Shown: positions 12,101-26,004, counted from the stretch's first letter. The stretch is DNA of 64,000 nt from Octopus sinensis (GCF_006345805.1 NC_043010.1:50654001-50718000); one strand, 5' to 3'. Made by a program: numbers and translations. Notes: a model not told the origin generated them from the sequence alone.

Positions 12101-13239
12101 TTGTGTCTTTCCTAAAGGTCTTGATATGTAACAGTTTAAGCGGAACATTAACGATATCAGAGAGCCTGCAAAGCTCATAGGCAATGTCCCTTCTTCCAGA
12201 CTCAACAAGTGTGTGTGTATGTATGTGTATATATAATATATATATATACACAGATAGATAGATAGATAGATAGATAGATAAAACTTACTTGGAAGAGGAT
12301 GCGTGGCGTTCAATCACATGTTTATAATTATAATCAGGGGTCAGCTAATTGCTTCACCACGCACCAAAATTAGAAATAAGAGTTAAAATGCTTTTTCTAC
12401 TACCAGAGATCTCCCAGATAGTAACACACTTTTTTACATAAGCAAAAAGAAAAAAAATAGCGAATCCACACGACTCAGATTAGCTACATACGCGTTTCAC
12501 GATTAAAGTAAAGTAATATTTACTTATTTCACCTCTTCAGTGCAGCATTTCAAGATTTAAATTTGAGAGTGTTAGAATTAAATATGTATGCGATCAAGCG
12601 TCATCGCATAACAGATATTCAACCAAGACTTTCAAAAATATACAGCCGAATGTGACCATGTCCTCAATACCCACGTGTGTGCTACAAGTAATCTTGCAGA
12701 AACTACAGTTTTTGATCAGGGAGTAAATTATATTTTAATAATAATAATAAAAGGGTAAAATTAGATTAATTCATTAATTAATCGATTAATTAACTAATAA
12801 TTAATAATTTTACCAAGTAGTTCTCGGTACGCTAAATTAACCTTTTTTAGGTAAAATTATACAAACTATTTTATAATTATAAACAATTATAATCAGGGCT
12901 CAGCTAATATACAAGTAACAATTAGGTTTTCATTAGTGTAGTTACCAATTGTAACGGGTAAGATTGATTAGGTACACAATAATATGAAATGTCGGAGTCA
13001 ACAGTTGTAACGATAACAATTTTGTTGTTATAACGGCAAGTTGTAAGATGAGAAAGATGAACAATGCATTAAATTTTAAGGAAATATTTATTTACCGTTA
13101 AATTACAATAACTTCCCTCGACGAGAAGGTTATGATAAATCCAAAAGCATGCGAAATAAAGTTTATGTTTGTGTTCTCTTCATTGTTTAGTAGTAATTAC
13201 AGAGAGAGATAGACTGATGTTGTAAGAGAACAGAATTAG

Positions 13240-13703
13240 AGCTAGTGAGGGTGAGAGAGTGTAGGACGTTGTCTTTCTTTTTCCCTCTGGCCGTTTTGCC
13301 TGCCTGCTTCCATGATTCTAGTGGACGGTTCACTAACTGATGTTAGCGCGCGCTCTCTCTCTCTCTCTCTCTCTCTCAACTCACGAGTTGTCACCAAAGT
13401 GACTGTCTTTTGCTTGCGGGTTCTTGTTTTTATAACTATCCAGAAGGGTAGACATATCGTTGAGAACAATGGGCTTCGTTGGTGGTACTGTGATATCTCT
13501 GTTCTAGCTTCTGGTAAAGTAGAAGAGGTTAAAAGGGTCAAGTGGTGAAAACATTATTTCGGCCTAGCTAAGGGCAATCTGGCGAATGTAAAACTGCTGT
13601 CAGAGAAAAACCATTGTTCCACCGTGAGAAAAGTTCTGTTGAACTGTTAATTCAAATTTGGCTAAGGTGGATCGAATCTACTTCGTGCCTGCAAGATCCT
13701 ACA
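13240..13703 (+). repeat. Unclassified interspersed repeat, diverged paralog of 54676-55063
   Basis: Shared blocks gagctagtga..gtgagagtg, agaagaggtta.aagggtcaagtgg, gtgagaaaagt.ctgttgaa, ctacac end. Confidence 0.6.
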
Positions 13704-14194
13704 CACGCGCGCGCGCACACACACACACACACACACATCTCTTTCGTGTTCATATTAAGAGTTTAGATCTCAATTATAAAAATATATGAAACCTTATTCT
13801 ATGCTAATTTAGTTAGTTGTAAGATGGGAATTTAAATGTAATAAAATGTTTTAAAAGAAATTTAAAGTACCTACGTGATAACTGTAAACCTACTTTTGGA
13901 CCACCCAGTATATTATACAAAATCACATCGAGATAGAAATCCCAAACCAAAGCGAACCCCTTAACTTAGAGTCAGTTAGCCGAATATGCTGACTGTTTTG
14001 CTTTTCTGTGTTCGAATTCCGCTGTTGGTTGACATAAAACTTTAATGAAGTACCACCAAATTGCTGGGTACGTTCACCTTCAAAATCAAGGAACATAGCT
14101 AAAATTCTAAATCGAAAACAAAATAATCACACACCCCTCTAAAAAAACACAAAAAACACCGCAACCCCAATTTCCAGAAGCGAAAAAAAATATG

Positions 14195-14595
14195 CTCTCT
14201 TTACTCTTTTACTTGTTTCAGTCATTTGACTGTGGCCATGCTGGAGCACCGCCTTTCATCGAGCAACTCGACCCTGGGACTTATTCTTTGTAAGCCCAGT
14301 ACTTATTCTATCGGTCTCTTTTGCCGAACCACTAAGTGACGGGGACATAAACACACCTGCATTGGTTGTCAAGCAATGCTAGAGGGACAAACACAGACAC
14401 ACAAACACACGCACACACATATATATGTATACATATATACGACGGGCTTCTTTCAGTTTCCGTCTACCAAATCCACTCACAAGGCTTTGGTCAGCCCAAG
14501 GCTATAGTAGAAGACACTTGCCCAAGGTGCCACGCAGTGGGACTGAACCTGGAACAATGTGGTTGGTAAGTAAGCTACTTACCACACAGCCACTC
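14195..14595 (-). mobile_element. SINE family A, full length (partial copy follows to ~14860)
   Basis: Reverse complement of 3714-4090. Confidence 0.9.
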
Positions 14596-14881
14596 ATTTT
14601 ATCTTTTACTTGTTTCAGTCTTTGGATTTCGGCCATGCTGGAGCTATGTTTAGAGGGGTTTAGTCAAACAAGTCAACCCCAGCACTTATTTTTAAGCCTG
14701 GTACATTATTTATTCTATAGGACTTTTTTTTTTTGCCGAACGACTGTTATAGGAACGTAAACAAACCGACACCGGTATCAAATCCTCTTACAAATCGTTG
14801 GTCGATCCAGGGTTACAGTAAAAGAAACTTGCCCAAGGTGCCGCGAAGTTTGATTTTTGGACTGTAAGAATGCCTGTAAAT

Positions 14882-15743
14882 CAGTGTCTTTCAACCATTT
14901 TTTTTTTTTACCTATGGACCCCTTGGTTGAAATTGCCGAAATTCGAGAAATTAAACTTACAAACTACACAATTTTCTCAAGAAAGCCAAGAGAAAAAGAT
15001 GTTTTATTTGACACATTCTTCCAGTATACGAAGTTTAAAAGTGTTTAGTTACGAATAACTTAATTTTTAAAATCTGCCGTTCAAACCAAAAAGATCCGAT
15101 CCCTTATTTCACTCGGATGGACCCTCTCAGCCATTCGACGTTTTAAAAAAACCCTATTATATTTTTATCATTAAAAGGAATTGTATAAAAAATATTGTCA
15201 AAATACTTTGTAAATTGTAGAAGTATGACATACTCTTTTACTCTTTTTACTTGTTTCAATCATTTGACTGCGGCCATGCTGGAGCACCGCCTTTAATCGA
15301 GCAACTCGATCCCGGGACTTATTCTTTTGTAAGCCCAGTACTTATTCTATCGGTCTCTATTGCCGAACCGCTAAGTAACGGGGACATAAACACACCAGCA
15401 TCGGTTGTCAAGCAATGCTAGGGGGACAAACACAGACACACAAACACATACACATACATACATATATATATATATATACGACAGGCTTCTTTCAGTTTCC
15501 GTCTACCAAATCCACTCACAAGGCTTTGGTCGGCCCGAGGCTATAGTAGAAGACACTTGCCCAAGGTGTCACGCAGTGGGACTGAACCCGGAACCCGGAA
15601 CCATGTGGTCGGTAAACAAGCTACTTACCACACAGCCACTCCTGCGCCTATCTTTTACATATTTATAGCAGATAAATTTTAACAACAAAATCTTATATGG
15701 ACCTCCGAGGACCATATGGGCGGGCCCTGGTTGGAAACCACTG
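14882..15743. mobile_element. hAT-like MITE carrying nested insertions
   Basis: Ends cagtgtctttcaacc ... ggttggaaaccactg; contains the right half of a GGATC-MITE (14921-15097) and a SINE A. Confidence 0.55.
15232..15649 (-). mobile_element. SINE family A, full length
   Basis: Reverse complement of the family A consensus. Confidence 0.9.
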
Positions 15744-15744
15744 C

Positions 15745-16132
15745 GGATCTTTTCGGTTTGAACGGCAGTTTTTTTCTAGCGTTGTCATATGAAATTGTCA
15801 CCCATAATTGTCAACGATCTATTGTATTTCAATCTGTTTTAGGGGTGGGGGGAAGGGTATCTTTTTTTCTTCAGAAATGTAAATAAACCCAATCTGTTTC
15901 TTAAACGAGGGAAATATTCATACGACACAGAATGTTTTCACCTCAATAGACGTCACTGATTGGTTGAAATTGCAGAAATTGAAGAAAAAAAAACAACAAA
16001 TATCTTACAAACTATTGAATTTTCTCAATAAAGCCAAGAGAAAAAGACGTTTTATAAACACATACGAAGTTTAAAAGTGTTTAGTTACGTGGAAATTATT
16101 AAAAAAAACTGCCGTTCAAACCGAGAAGATCC
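15745..16132 (+). mobile_element. GGATC-TIR MITE, full length
   Basis: Both ~29-bp TIRs present; internal sequence matches 28036-28440. Confidence 0.85.
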
Positions 16133-17324
16133 AATTGATCCAACAAACTAATGCGAAAAAATAAAAAACAAACAAACAAGAAATTCCGCGAATGTAGCAT
16201 CTCCCCGCCTCTCTGTGTCAGAGTGTTACCGATAAATAGCATCGGTTAGTCACTCCTGATAGGTCGGTCAGCCATGACACGTGGAGAGCAGCTTAATGTG
16301 CTTTTGTCTTGTTTATTGACATTTACAACTCAGTGAGACGAGGAATGTCGTCTGAATGACATGCTTGAAAGATACAGCCGTCATATGCTACTGAACTGAT
16401 ATGGTTGTATTTGAAAGGAAGCAAGGAATCCTCTGAGAAGGAGAGAGAAAAGGTTGTAAATTTTAATACTCGTAACATATAAACAGCTTTTTTGTACAAC
16501 ATTGAAGCAATACCGTATTTTTTACATATGCAAAAAGACGAGATAATTGTGTTTGGTTTGCTTTTGATCGTCCGTCTGCTCAGGTTATTGCTGAACTGGG
16601 GTTAAATAACAACAGTAGAGTAAGCTATGCACGGTCGCTCGACATGCAAGAAATAACAGCCGAATTCGTTCAAATCAAACTTTACTGTTGCTTATAGTAA
16701 TTTTTAAAAAAATCTCATCATCTGTTATAATTCCATTAACATCGAGGACGCCTTATAGAATTATAATTTGATTCCAGTACTTGATAGCACCATGTAGTCT
16801 TAGATTTACACAAAAAGACGGATTGTCAACGGGAACAAACGTCTTTGATTATGGTCTGTCGTATCATTGTTGTCCTTCGGCTAAACAGCAGATGCGATGA
16901 GAATACAAATACAGCCTCCGTCACTTTAGTCACTCTGGTTACTCTGATAGCTAAACTAGCTTTTCTTCATGAGACATATTTTGTTTTCTCATGCACAGAA
17001 TTGTCGAAGCTTAGAATAAATAAATAAATAAACTACCTACGTTGGTTCTTAGCTGTCAGAACACAATATCCTTCAAAAATTCTATAATTCCCAAAATACG
17101 TCAGCGCTATTTGTATGCTCCGTGCATCCTTTCTTAGTTGTGACTCTTTTACTAATCACTTTCCTGTCTTTTTTTGTTTTTGTTTCACCGTTTCCCGACG
17201 AGTTGTAGTGCAATATAGAAATATTCTTTTATTCTTCCAAGTCATAAGACTGCTGTTATACTGTGGCATCGCATTTGAAGAGATTTAGTAGATCATATCA
17301 GCCTGAGTTCTTCTTTTAGTCCAA

Positions 17325-17472
17325 CACTGTAGCTAGAGTGTGTGCCACCCGGGATAATCCTTGAATTTGCCGACCAACCCCCTTATTCAAGCTTATACGG
17401 CCGACCCCAAAGTGCCACCCCTGTACATGTGTCGCCTGGGATGGACACCCCTCCTCTGCCTCTATGCTACTG
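17325..17472. mobile_element. Small hAT-like MITE remnant
   Basis: GC-rich island bounded by cactgtagctagag ... ctctatgctactg. Confidence 0.4.
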
Positions 17473-18139
17473 TTTGATACCATTTATTTTATTGAATGGG
17501 GGTACCCGCCTCTCTCTCTCTCTCAGAGGTACGCAGCTATAAAGGTGCAGTTGGAACATCGATGGAGTCGAACTGGGATATTTTAGATCTGTGGCGTTTA
17601 AAGGGACGCGTATGACATCTGAGGTAGAAGTATTTAAATATTCCATACTCGTTCTGGTTAGGGACAAGGTCTTAAAAGTAGCTAGCAGAAATTGTTGTTA
17701 TAGTTGAAGCCGGTCCTGCTACCTAGAAAGAAATGGTGGGAATTTTGATCTGTAAGTGAATGTTTATGGTTGCAGGAGTATTGAAAGCTGGGGCTCAGCA
17801 AACACAACGAGGGTAACCACGTCTGGAGAAAAAGCTGGGTTTTTTTTTTCTTTTTTCGGCTTTGAATTTGAGGTCCGAAGCTTTGCTACACAACTGCACT
17901 GATGGTTTGACTTATCTCGCACTTCCTCTTTTATTTTTAAATTAATTTTTTCTTTCTTTCTAGCAATGTGGTTAACAAGTTTGCTTTGCAACTACGTGGT
18001 TTTGGATTCAGTCCAACTGCTCCACACTTTGGGCAAGTGGCTTCGGCAGAATTCTGGTTTAAGCACCCCATATAACCCCTTAACTTTTTGGGGAGAGAAA
18101 AATATTGAAAAACATCAATGCATGTCAAAGAAACGAGGG

Positions 18140-18357
18140 AAACGTTAGCATGCCGGGCGAAATGCGTAGCCATATTTCGTCTGTCGTTACGTTGTGAGTT
18201 CAAATTCCGCCGAGGTCGATTTTGCCTTTCATCCTTTCTGGGTCGATAAATTAAGTACCAGTTACGCACTGGGGTCGATGTAATCGACTTAATGCCTATG
18301 TCTGTCCTTGTTTGTCCCCTCTATGTTTAGCCCCTTGTGGGTAATAAAGAAATAGGT
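18140..18357 (+). mobile_element. SINE family B
   Basis: Same core and tail as 5635-5852. Confidence 0.85.
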
Positions 18358-19023
18358 ATCTAGTCCTGGGATATGCTAAAAAAACAGCAAAGTCGCTCTT
18401 AAATCACACATACACAATTTATTTTGGCATAATTGTCTGGATTCTCGCGTGTAGAACACAAATTCATAAAAATTTTCAGAAAAATTCTCAAAAATAAAAA
18501 AAAACCCAGCTAGGGTGCTTAAGCCAGAATTCCACCGTGTCTTCTGTAGCCCCGTGTCGACCAAAGCTTCGTCAATGAATCTGGTTGGTGAAAGCAGAGC
18601 CCGCCCATCCTCCTCTCTTTCTCTCTCGACGCGTGGTAACCGGTTAAAAAAATTTTTTTTTTTAACATAAGAGACTGATAGAATAAGTGTTATACTTAGA
18701 AGCTAGATACTGCGGTCAATTTGATCAACTAAACTCTTCTAGCTTGGCCGTAGTCCCATTGGATTGTAACATGACTGCTTATCCTTTCTGGACCCTCCAG
18801 AAAGATAAACAAAAAGTACTCCGCATTAAACGTTAACCTTCATTGCTCATGACATAAGCTTTTTCGTTTATACAAATAGCATTATATTTTGACAATGCAG
18901 ACAAGTTTGTTAGGGCTCGAATGTATTTATTTCTTTATACAATAGGCGGTTTTTTTAAAGGGGAGACGGCAAAGATACTATATTCAGAGTTATGTCCCTT
19001 GAGTGATTAAACTAAATTTGAAA

Positions 19024-19398
19024 TCTATATCTTCTCTATATATAAAAGTAAGGTTGTGTCTCCTACGATTTAGATTCCTAACTACTCCCACATTTTGCGG
19101 TGCAGTTTAACCAAAACCGGGTATCTTATAGTCGTGATTCATATCGAGCCCTTCTGGGTATTAGCGCGCGTCTACGGTTTAAAAAAAAATTTACCATTTT
19201 TTTCCATTTTAATGCATTTTTTCGCTATTATATAAGGGAAGTAATTCTCTAAAACTGTCTACGATGAGTCAACGATTTAAAAAAAAATTACCATAAATTT
19301 TTTTCCATTTTTAATGCATATTTTTGCTATAACTCTCTAAAAATGCTTATATAGTTATTTCCCTTACAAACCCGAGCAACGCCGGGCGATACTGCTTG
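19024..19398 (+). mobile_element. Non-autonomous Helitron
   Basis: 5' A|TC...tctatatataaaag; 3' hairpin cccgagcaacgccggg (19371-19386) then CTTG|T (a CTAG variant); internal ~90-bp duplication. Confidence 0.7.
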
Positions 19399-19735
19399 TA
19401 TTTTATAATTAAAAAACAAATTATATGGGTGGCTTTCTATCTTGCAGTAACTAACTGTTGCTTTGCAATTTATACTTACTATGACAGACCGAAGTGATTA
19501 GAAATAGCAGTCAAAACCACAAGACGAAAAGCTTCCAGGATATTATTTGTATGAGGAAAACAAGGCAAACGATGGGTGGACAGCAGATGTGGATGTATGT
19601 AATTACATCTTAGATTAAATTAAAATAACGGCAGCGGACATCATAGAATGCAGGTCTGATCCCTTCCTGGAAGGTGGTAGAAGGGAAGTCAGGATATAAG
19701 TCTGTTTTTAATTTGTTTATATCTCCCGGGTGGGA

Positions 19736-19925
19736 GATGGGCTGAATCCTGGAAGTACTGCTATACCAGGCCAACCCGTGGCAAAGGCGGAGCAAGCCCC
19801 TAACTCTTCGCCTAGTTCTAAAAATCAGTTTAATATCGATGGTCCCAAATAGGGACCGTATCAGATATTAAGCTGATAAGAACAGATACTACACTTTGAT
19901 CTTAGCCAAAAGGCCGAGAAGCGAT
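19736..19925 (-). ncRNA. U2: U2 spliceosomal snRNA
   Basis: Minus strand ATCGCTTCTCGGCCTTTTGGCTAAGATCAAAGTGTAGTATCTGTTCTTATCAGCTTAATATCTGATACG...; branch-point pairing GUAGUA at 19892-19887; Sm-site-like AUUUUUAG; 3' stem-loops ending CCAGGATTCAGCCCATC; ~190 nt. Confidence 0.97.
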
Positions 19926-19962
19926 AATTTTTTACCCTAGCTTAGAAATATTATACCTATTT

Positions 19963-19979
19963 CTATTTAGTATAGTGAC
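19963..19979 (-). promoter_or_regulatory. Putative snRNA proximal sequence element (PSE)
   Basis: GTCACTATACTAAATAG about 40-55 nt upstream of U2 +1, similar to the TCACCNTNA(C/G)TNAAAAG consensus. Confidence 0.5.
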
Positions 19980-20181
19980 TGATTTATACTTACACTTATA
20001 TAGCTGTATTTAATTAGTTCTTCCATATTTTGTAATATCTTTTATTTTATTTCGTAGTAGTTGTTTTATTTAATCCTTTTAATCTGAGAATTTTAATATT
20101 TCTATTTTAAAAAAAATGATATTATCCTAAGCGTAATCTGTAATTGTGTTGATTTGATAATAAACGTGAATGAAAATTACG

Positions 20182-20423
20182 GGATATTTTCGGTTTGAAC
20201 GGCAGTTTTTTCTAGCGGTGTCATATGAAATTGTCACCCATAATTAAGACCCTGGTATCGATCTTATTACATTTCAATCTATTTTAGGGTTAGAGGGGGG
20301 GTATCTTTTTTTTCTTCAGAAATGTAAATAAACCCAGTCTGTTTCTTAAATGAGGGACATATTCATACGGCACAGAATGTTGTTTACCTCAATAGACGTC
20401 AGTGATTGGTTGAAATTGCAGAA
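20182..20423 (+). mobile_element. Left half of GGATC-TIR MITE
   Basis: ggatattttcggtttgaacggcag... truncated after gaaattgcagaa. Confidence 0.85.
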
Positions 20424-20429
20424 CCCCCC

Positions 20430-20524
20430 CCCATTTTTTTGCTATTTTTTGGCTATAACCCTCTAAAAATTCTTATATAGTTATTTCCCTTACAAACACG
20501 AGCAACGCCGGGAGATACTGCTAG
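20430..20524 (+). mobile_element. Second Helitron 3' terminus of the same family as 19024-19398
   Basis: tagttatttcccttacaaacacgagcaacgccgggagatactgCTAG|T. Confidence 0.75.
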
Positions 20525-20627
20525 TTAATATTAAAATAGTACATCAAGGACCAACCAATGCCATGTGAGTGGATTTGGTAGACGGATATTGTGCTGAAAA
20601 GTGTTGTGTGTGTGTGTGAGTATATAT

Positions 20628-20920
20628 ATATATATATTTAAACACATAAGAGACGACCATAATAGGACATCTGACTCACTAGAAAGAGCAGTTAAACTCC
20701 AAACCACTAATAGTTGTAATTCTGAAAGGGAAAGAAAAATAAAAGCGTTTACAATTGGCGTTGCCGAAACTATGCCTAGTCCAGGAAAGATAGGGTAAAC
20801 GTTTTTATTTCTCTTTCCCTTTCAGAATTACAACTATTAGTGGTTTGGAGTTTAATTGCTCTTTCTAGTGAGTCAAATGTCCTATTATTGTTGTCTCTTA
20901 TGTGTTTAAATGTATATTAT
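20628..20920. repeat. Long inverted repeat, ~125-bp arms with ~45-nt loop
   Basis: Arms 20628-20752 and 20796-20920 are reverse complementary with few mismatches. Confidence 0.9.
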
Positions 20921-21409
20921 ATAGTCTATTGACTATTTCTTCCTTCTCGCTAGACCATTGGTAGCGGAGAATTTTTCTAAAATTTCTTTGCTACCCTAAG
21001 ATTTATTAATTATATATATATGTGTGTGTGTGTATAAGAAGTATTGGGGGTGATGTACACATTTAATACATATGAAAGAAAATTTTCTTTCATACATATA
21101 TTACTATCGTAAAAACGAGGGTAATAAATATATGTTTAGAGTGGCGAGAATTAAGCTTACATTCTCTTGATTTCCTGTAATTCAAATCGCCTCATGGTCT
21201 CAACAGACAAAATAGAAAAGGCGTTGCTCTGGAGGATAGTGAAGGTGATGCACTGGATGACTTAATGAGCTTGCACTTGTGGATAGCAATCTCTGCCCCC
21301 AATAGTTGTGAGCAGAAATATGGTCCAGGGGTCTTTTATAATATCATTAGTTTATCTTAAGTTTTAATTGACTTAGTATTTCATTTTTGTCACTGACTCT
21401 AAATGTGAA

Positions 21410-21898
21410 TTGATATATATATATGTGTGTGTGTATGTGTATATATATGTATGTATGTGTATATATATGTATGTGTGTATGTATGTGTATGTATGTGTGT
21501 ATATATATGTATGTGTATATATGTGTGTGTATGTGTATATATCTATATATGTGTATATATATATCTGTGTATGTGTATATATCTATATATGTGTATATAT
21601 ATATATATATCTGTGTATGTGTATATATCTATATATGTGTATATATATATTATATATATCTGTGTATGTGTATATATCTATATATGTGTATATATATATA
21701 TATATCTGTGTATGTGTATATATCTATATATGTGTATATATCTATATATGTGTATATATCTATATGTATGTGTATATATCTATATATGTGTGTATATATA
21801 TATATCTGTGTATGTGTGTATATATATATATATCTGTGTATGTGTATATATCTATATATGTGTATATATCTGTGTGTATGTGTATATATCTATGTGTG

Positions 21899-21941
<43 letters not shown>

Positions 21942-22227
21942 TGGTGTATATATATATATATGTATATATGTGTATATATATATGTATATATGTGTATATA
22001 TATATGTATATATGTGTGTATATATGTATATATGTGTTGTATATATGTGTGTGTGTATATATGTGTGTATGTATATATGTGTGTATATATGTATATATGT
22101 GTATATATGTATATATGTGTGTGTATATATGTATATATATGTGTATATATGTATATATATGTGTATATATGTATATATATGTGTATATATGTATATATGT
22201 GTGTATATATGTATATATGTGTGTATA

Positions 22228-22258
<31 letters not shown>

Positions 22259-22399
22259 GTATATATGTGTGTATATATGTGTGTGTATATATGTGTATAT
22301 ATGTATATATATGTGTATATATGTATATATATGTGTATATATGTATATATATGTGTATATATGTATATATGTGTGTATATATGTATATATGTGTGTATA

Positions 22400-22430
<31 letters not shown>

Positions 22431-25102
22431 GTATATATGTGTGTATATATATGTGTGTATATATGTGTGTATATATATGTGTTGTATATATAATATGTAT
22501 ATGTGTGTATACTATATATATGTATATATGTGTGTATATATATATATGTTATATGTGTGTATATTTATATGTATATATGTGTGTATATATATATATGTAT
22601 ATATATGTGTATATATATATATATATATATAGTGTGTATATATATATATATATATATGTGTGTATATATATATATATGTATATATGTGTGTATATATATA
22701 TATATGTATATATGTGTGTGTATATATATATATATGTATATATGTGTGTGTATATATATATATATGTATATATGTGTGTGTATATATATATATATGTATA
22801 TATGTGTGTGTATATATATATATATGTATATATGTGTGTGTATATATATATATATGTATATATGTGTGTATATATATATATATATGTATATATGTGTGTG
22901 TATATTATATTATGTATATATGTGTTGTTATATATATATATGTATATATGTTGTGTGTTATATATATATGTATTATTGGTGTGTATATATATATATGTAT
23001 ATATGTGTGTGTATATATATATATGTATATATGTGTGTGTATATATATAGATGTGTGTGTGTATATATATCTATGTGTTGTGTGTATATATATATATGTG
23101 TGTGTGTATATATATATATGTGTGTGTGTATATATATATATGTGTGTGTGTATTATATATATATGTGTGTGTGTATATATATATATGTGTGTGTGTATAT
23201 ATATATATGTGTGTGTGTATATATATATGTGTGTTGTGTATATATATATTGTGTGTGTGTGTATATATATATATGTGTGTGTGTGTATATATATATATAT
23301 TGTGTGGTGTATATATATATATGTGTGTGTGTATATATATATTGTGTGTGTATATATATATATATATATTGGTGTGTATATATATATATATATATATGTG
23401 TGTGGTGTATATATATATAATATGTTGTGTGTGGTTATATATATATATGTAATATATGTGTGTGTATATATATATATAGTATATATGTGTGTGTATATAT
23501 TATATGTATATATGTGTGTGTGTATATATATATATGTGTGTGTATATATATAATATGTGTGTGTATATATATATATGTATATATGTGTGTGTATATATAA
23601 TATATGTATATATGTGTGTGTATATATATATATGTATATATGTGTGTGTATATATATATATGTATATATGTGTGTGTATATATATATATATGTATATATG
23701 TGTGTATATATATATATGTGTGTATATATATATATGTATATATGTGTGTGTATATATATATATGTATATATGTGTGTGTATATATATATATGTATATATG
23801 TGTGTGTATATATATATATGTATATATGTGTGTGTATATATATATATGTGTATATATGTGTGTGTATATATATATATGTATATATGTGTGTGTATATATA
23901 TATATGTATATATGTGTGTGTATATATATATATGTATATATGTTTGTATCTAATATATGTATATATGGTGTGTGTATTATATATATGTATATATGTGTGT
24001 GTATATATATATATGTATATATGTGTGTGTATATATATATATGTATATATGTGTGTGTGTATATATATATATGTATATATGTGTGTGTATATGTATATAT
24101 GTGTGTGTATATGTATATATGTGTGTGTATATGTATATATGTGTGTGTATATATATATATGTGTGTGTATATATATATATGTATATATGTGTGTGTATAT
24201 ATATATATGTATATATGTGTGTGGTATATATATATATTTATATGTGTGTGTGTATATATATAATGTATTATGTGTGTGTGTATATATATATATGTATATA
24301 TGTTGTGTAATATATGTATGTATATATGTGTGTGTATATATATGTATGTATATATGTGTGTGTATATATATGTATGTATATATGTGTGTGTATATATATG
24401 TATGTATATATGTGTGTGTATATATGTATGTATATATGTGTGTATATATATGTATGTATATATGTGTGTATATATATGTATGTATATGTGTGTATATATA
24501 TGTATGTATATATGTGTGTATATATATGTATGTATATATGTGTGTATATATATGTATGTATATATGTGTGTATGTATATATATGTATATATGTGTGTATG
24601 TATATATATGTATATATGTGTGTATGTATATATGGTGTGTATATGTGTGTATGTATATATGTTGTATATATATGTGTGTATATGTATATATGTTGTGTAT
24701 ATATATGTGTATTATATGTGTGTATATGTACATATGTGTGTATATTATATAGTATATATAGATATATATATATATTTATATATATATGTATATATGTGTG
24801 TATATAATATATATGTATATATATATATATATATATTATATATGTATATATGTGTGTATATATATATATGTGTGTATATATATATGTATATATATATATA
24901 TAATATATATATGTATATATGTGTGTAATGTGTGTATGTATATATGTGTGTATATTTATATATGTGTGTATATATATGTGTGTATATGTATATATGTGTG
25001 TATAATATATATGTATATTATATTATATATATTTAATATATATTATATATGTGTGTATATATATATATGTATATATATTATATATATATGTATATATGTG
25101 TG

Positions 25103-25163
<61 letters not shown>

Positions 25164-25264
25164 GTGTGTATATATATATATGTGTGTATAATATATATGT
25201 ATATATGTGTGTATATATATATGTTGTAATATATTGTATATATGTGTGTATATATATATGTGTG

Positions 25265-25329
<65 letters not shown>

Positions 25330-25481
25330 GTGTGTATATATGTATAATGTGTGTATATATATATATATATGTGTGTATTATATATAATATATATGTATAT
25401 ATATATATATATATTATATATGTGTGTATATATCTATATAATATATGTATATATATATATATATATATGTATATATGTGTG

Positions 25482-25517
<36 letters not shown>

Positions 25518-25586
25518 TATGTATATATGTGTGTATATATATATATATGTTATATATATTGTATATATGTGTGGTGTGTGTATATA

Positions 25587-25640
<54 letters not shown>

Positions 25641-25648
25641 GTGTGGTG

Positions 25649-25703
<55 letters not shown>

Positions 25704-26004
25704 GTGTATATATATATATATATGTATATATGTGTATATATATATATATATGTATATATGTGTATATATATATATATGTATATGTGTATATGTGGTATAT
25801 ATATATATATGTATATATGTGTATATATATATATATATGTATATATGTATATATGTGTGTATATATGTATATATGTGTGTATATATATATATATTGTGTG
25901 TATATATTATATATGTAATATATGTGTGTGTATATATATATATATGTATATGTGTGTAATATATATATATATATATGTATATGTGTGTATATAATATATA
26001 TATA

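Noticed and set aside
12950-13703. Solo LTR (TGTAAC...CTACA)
   Set aside because: No target-site duplication, PBS or PPT visible; kept only as an unclassified repeat
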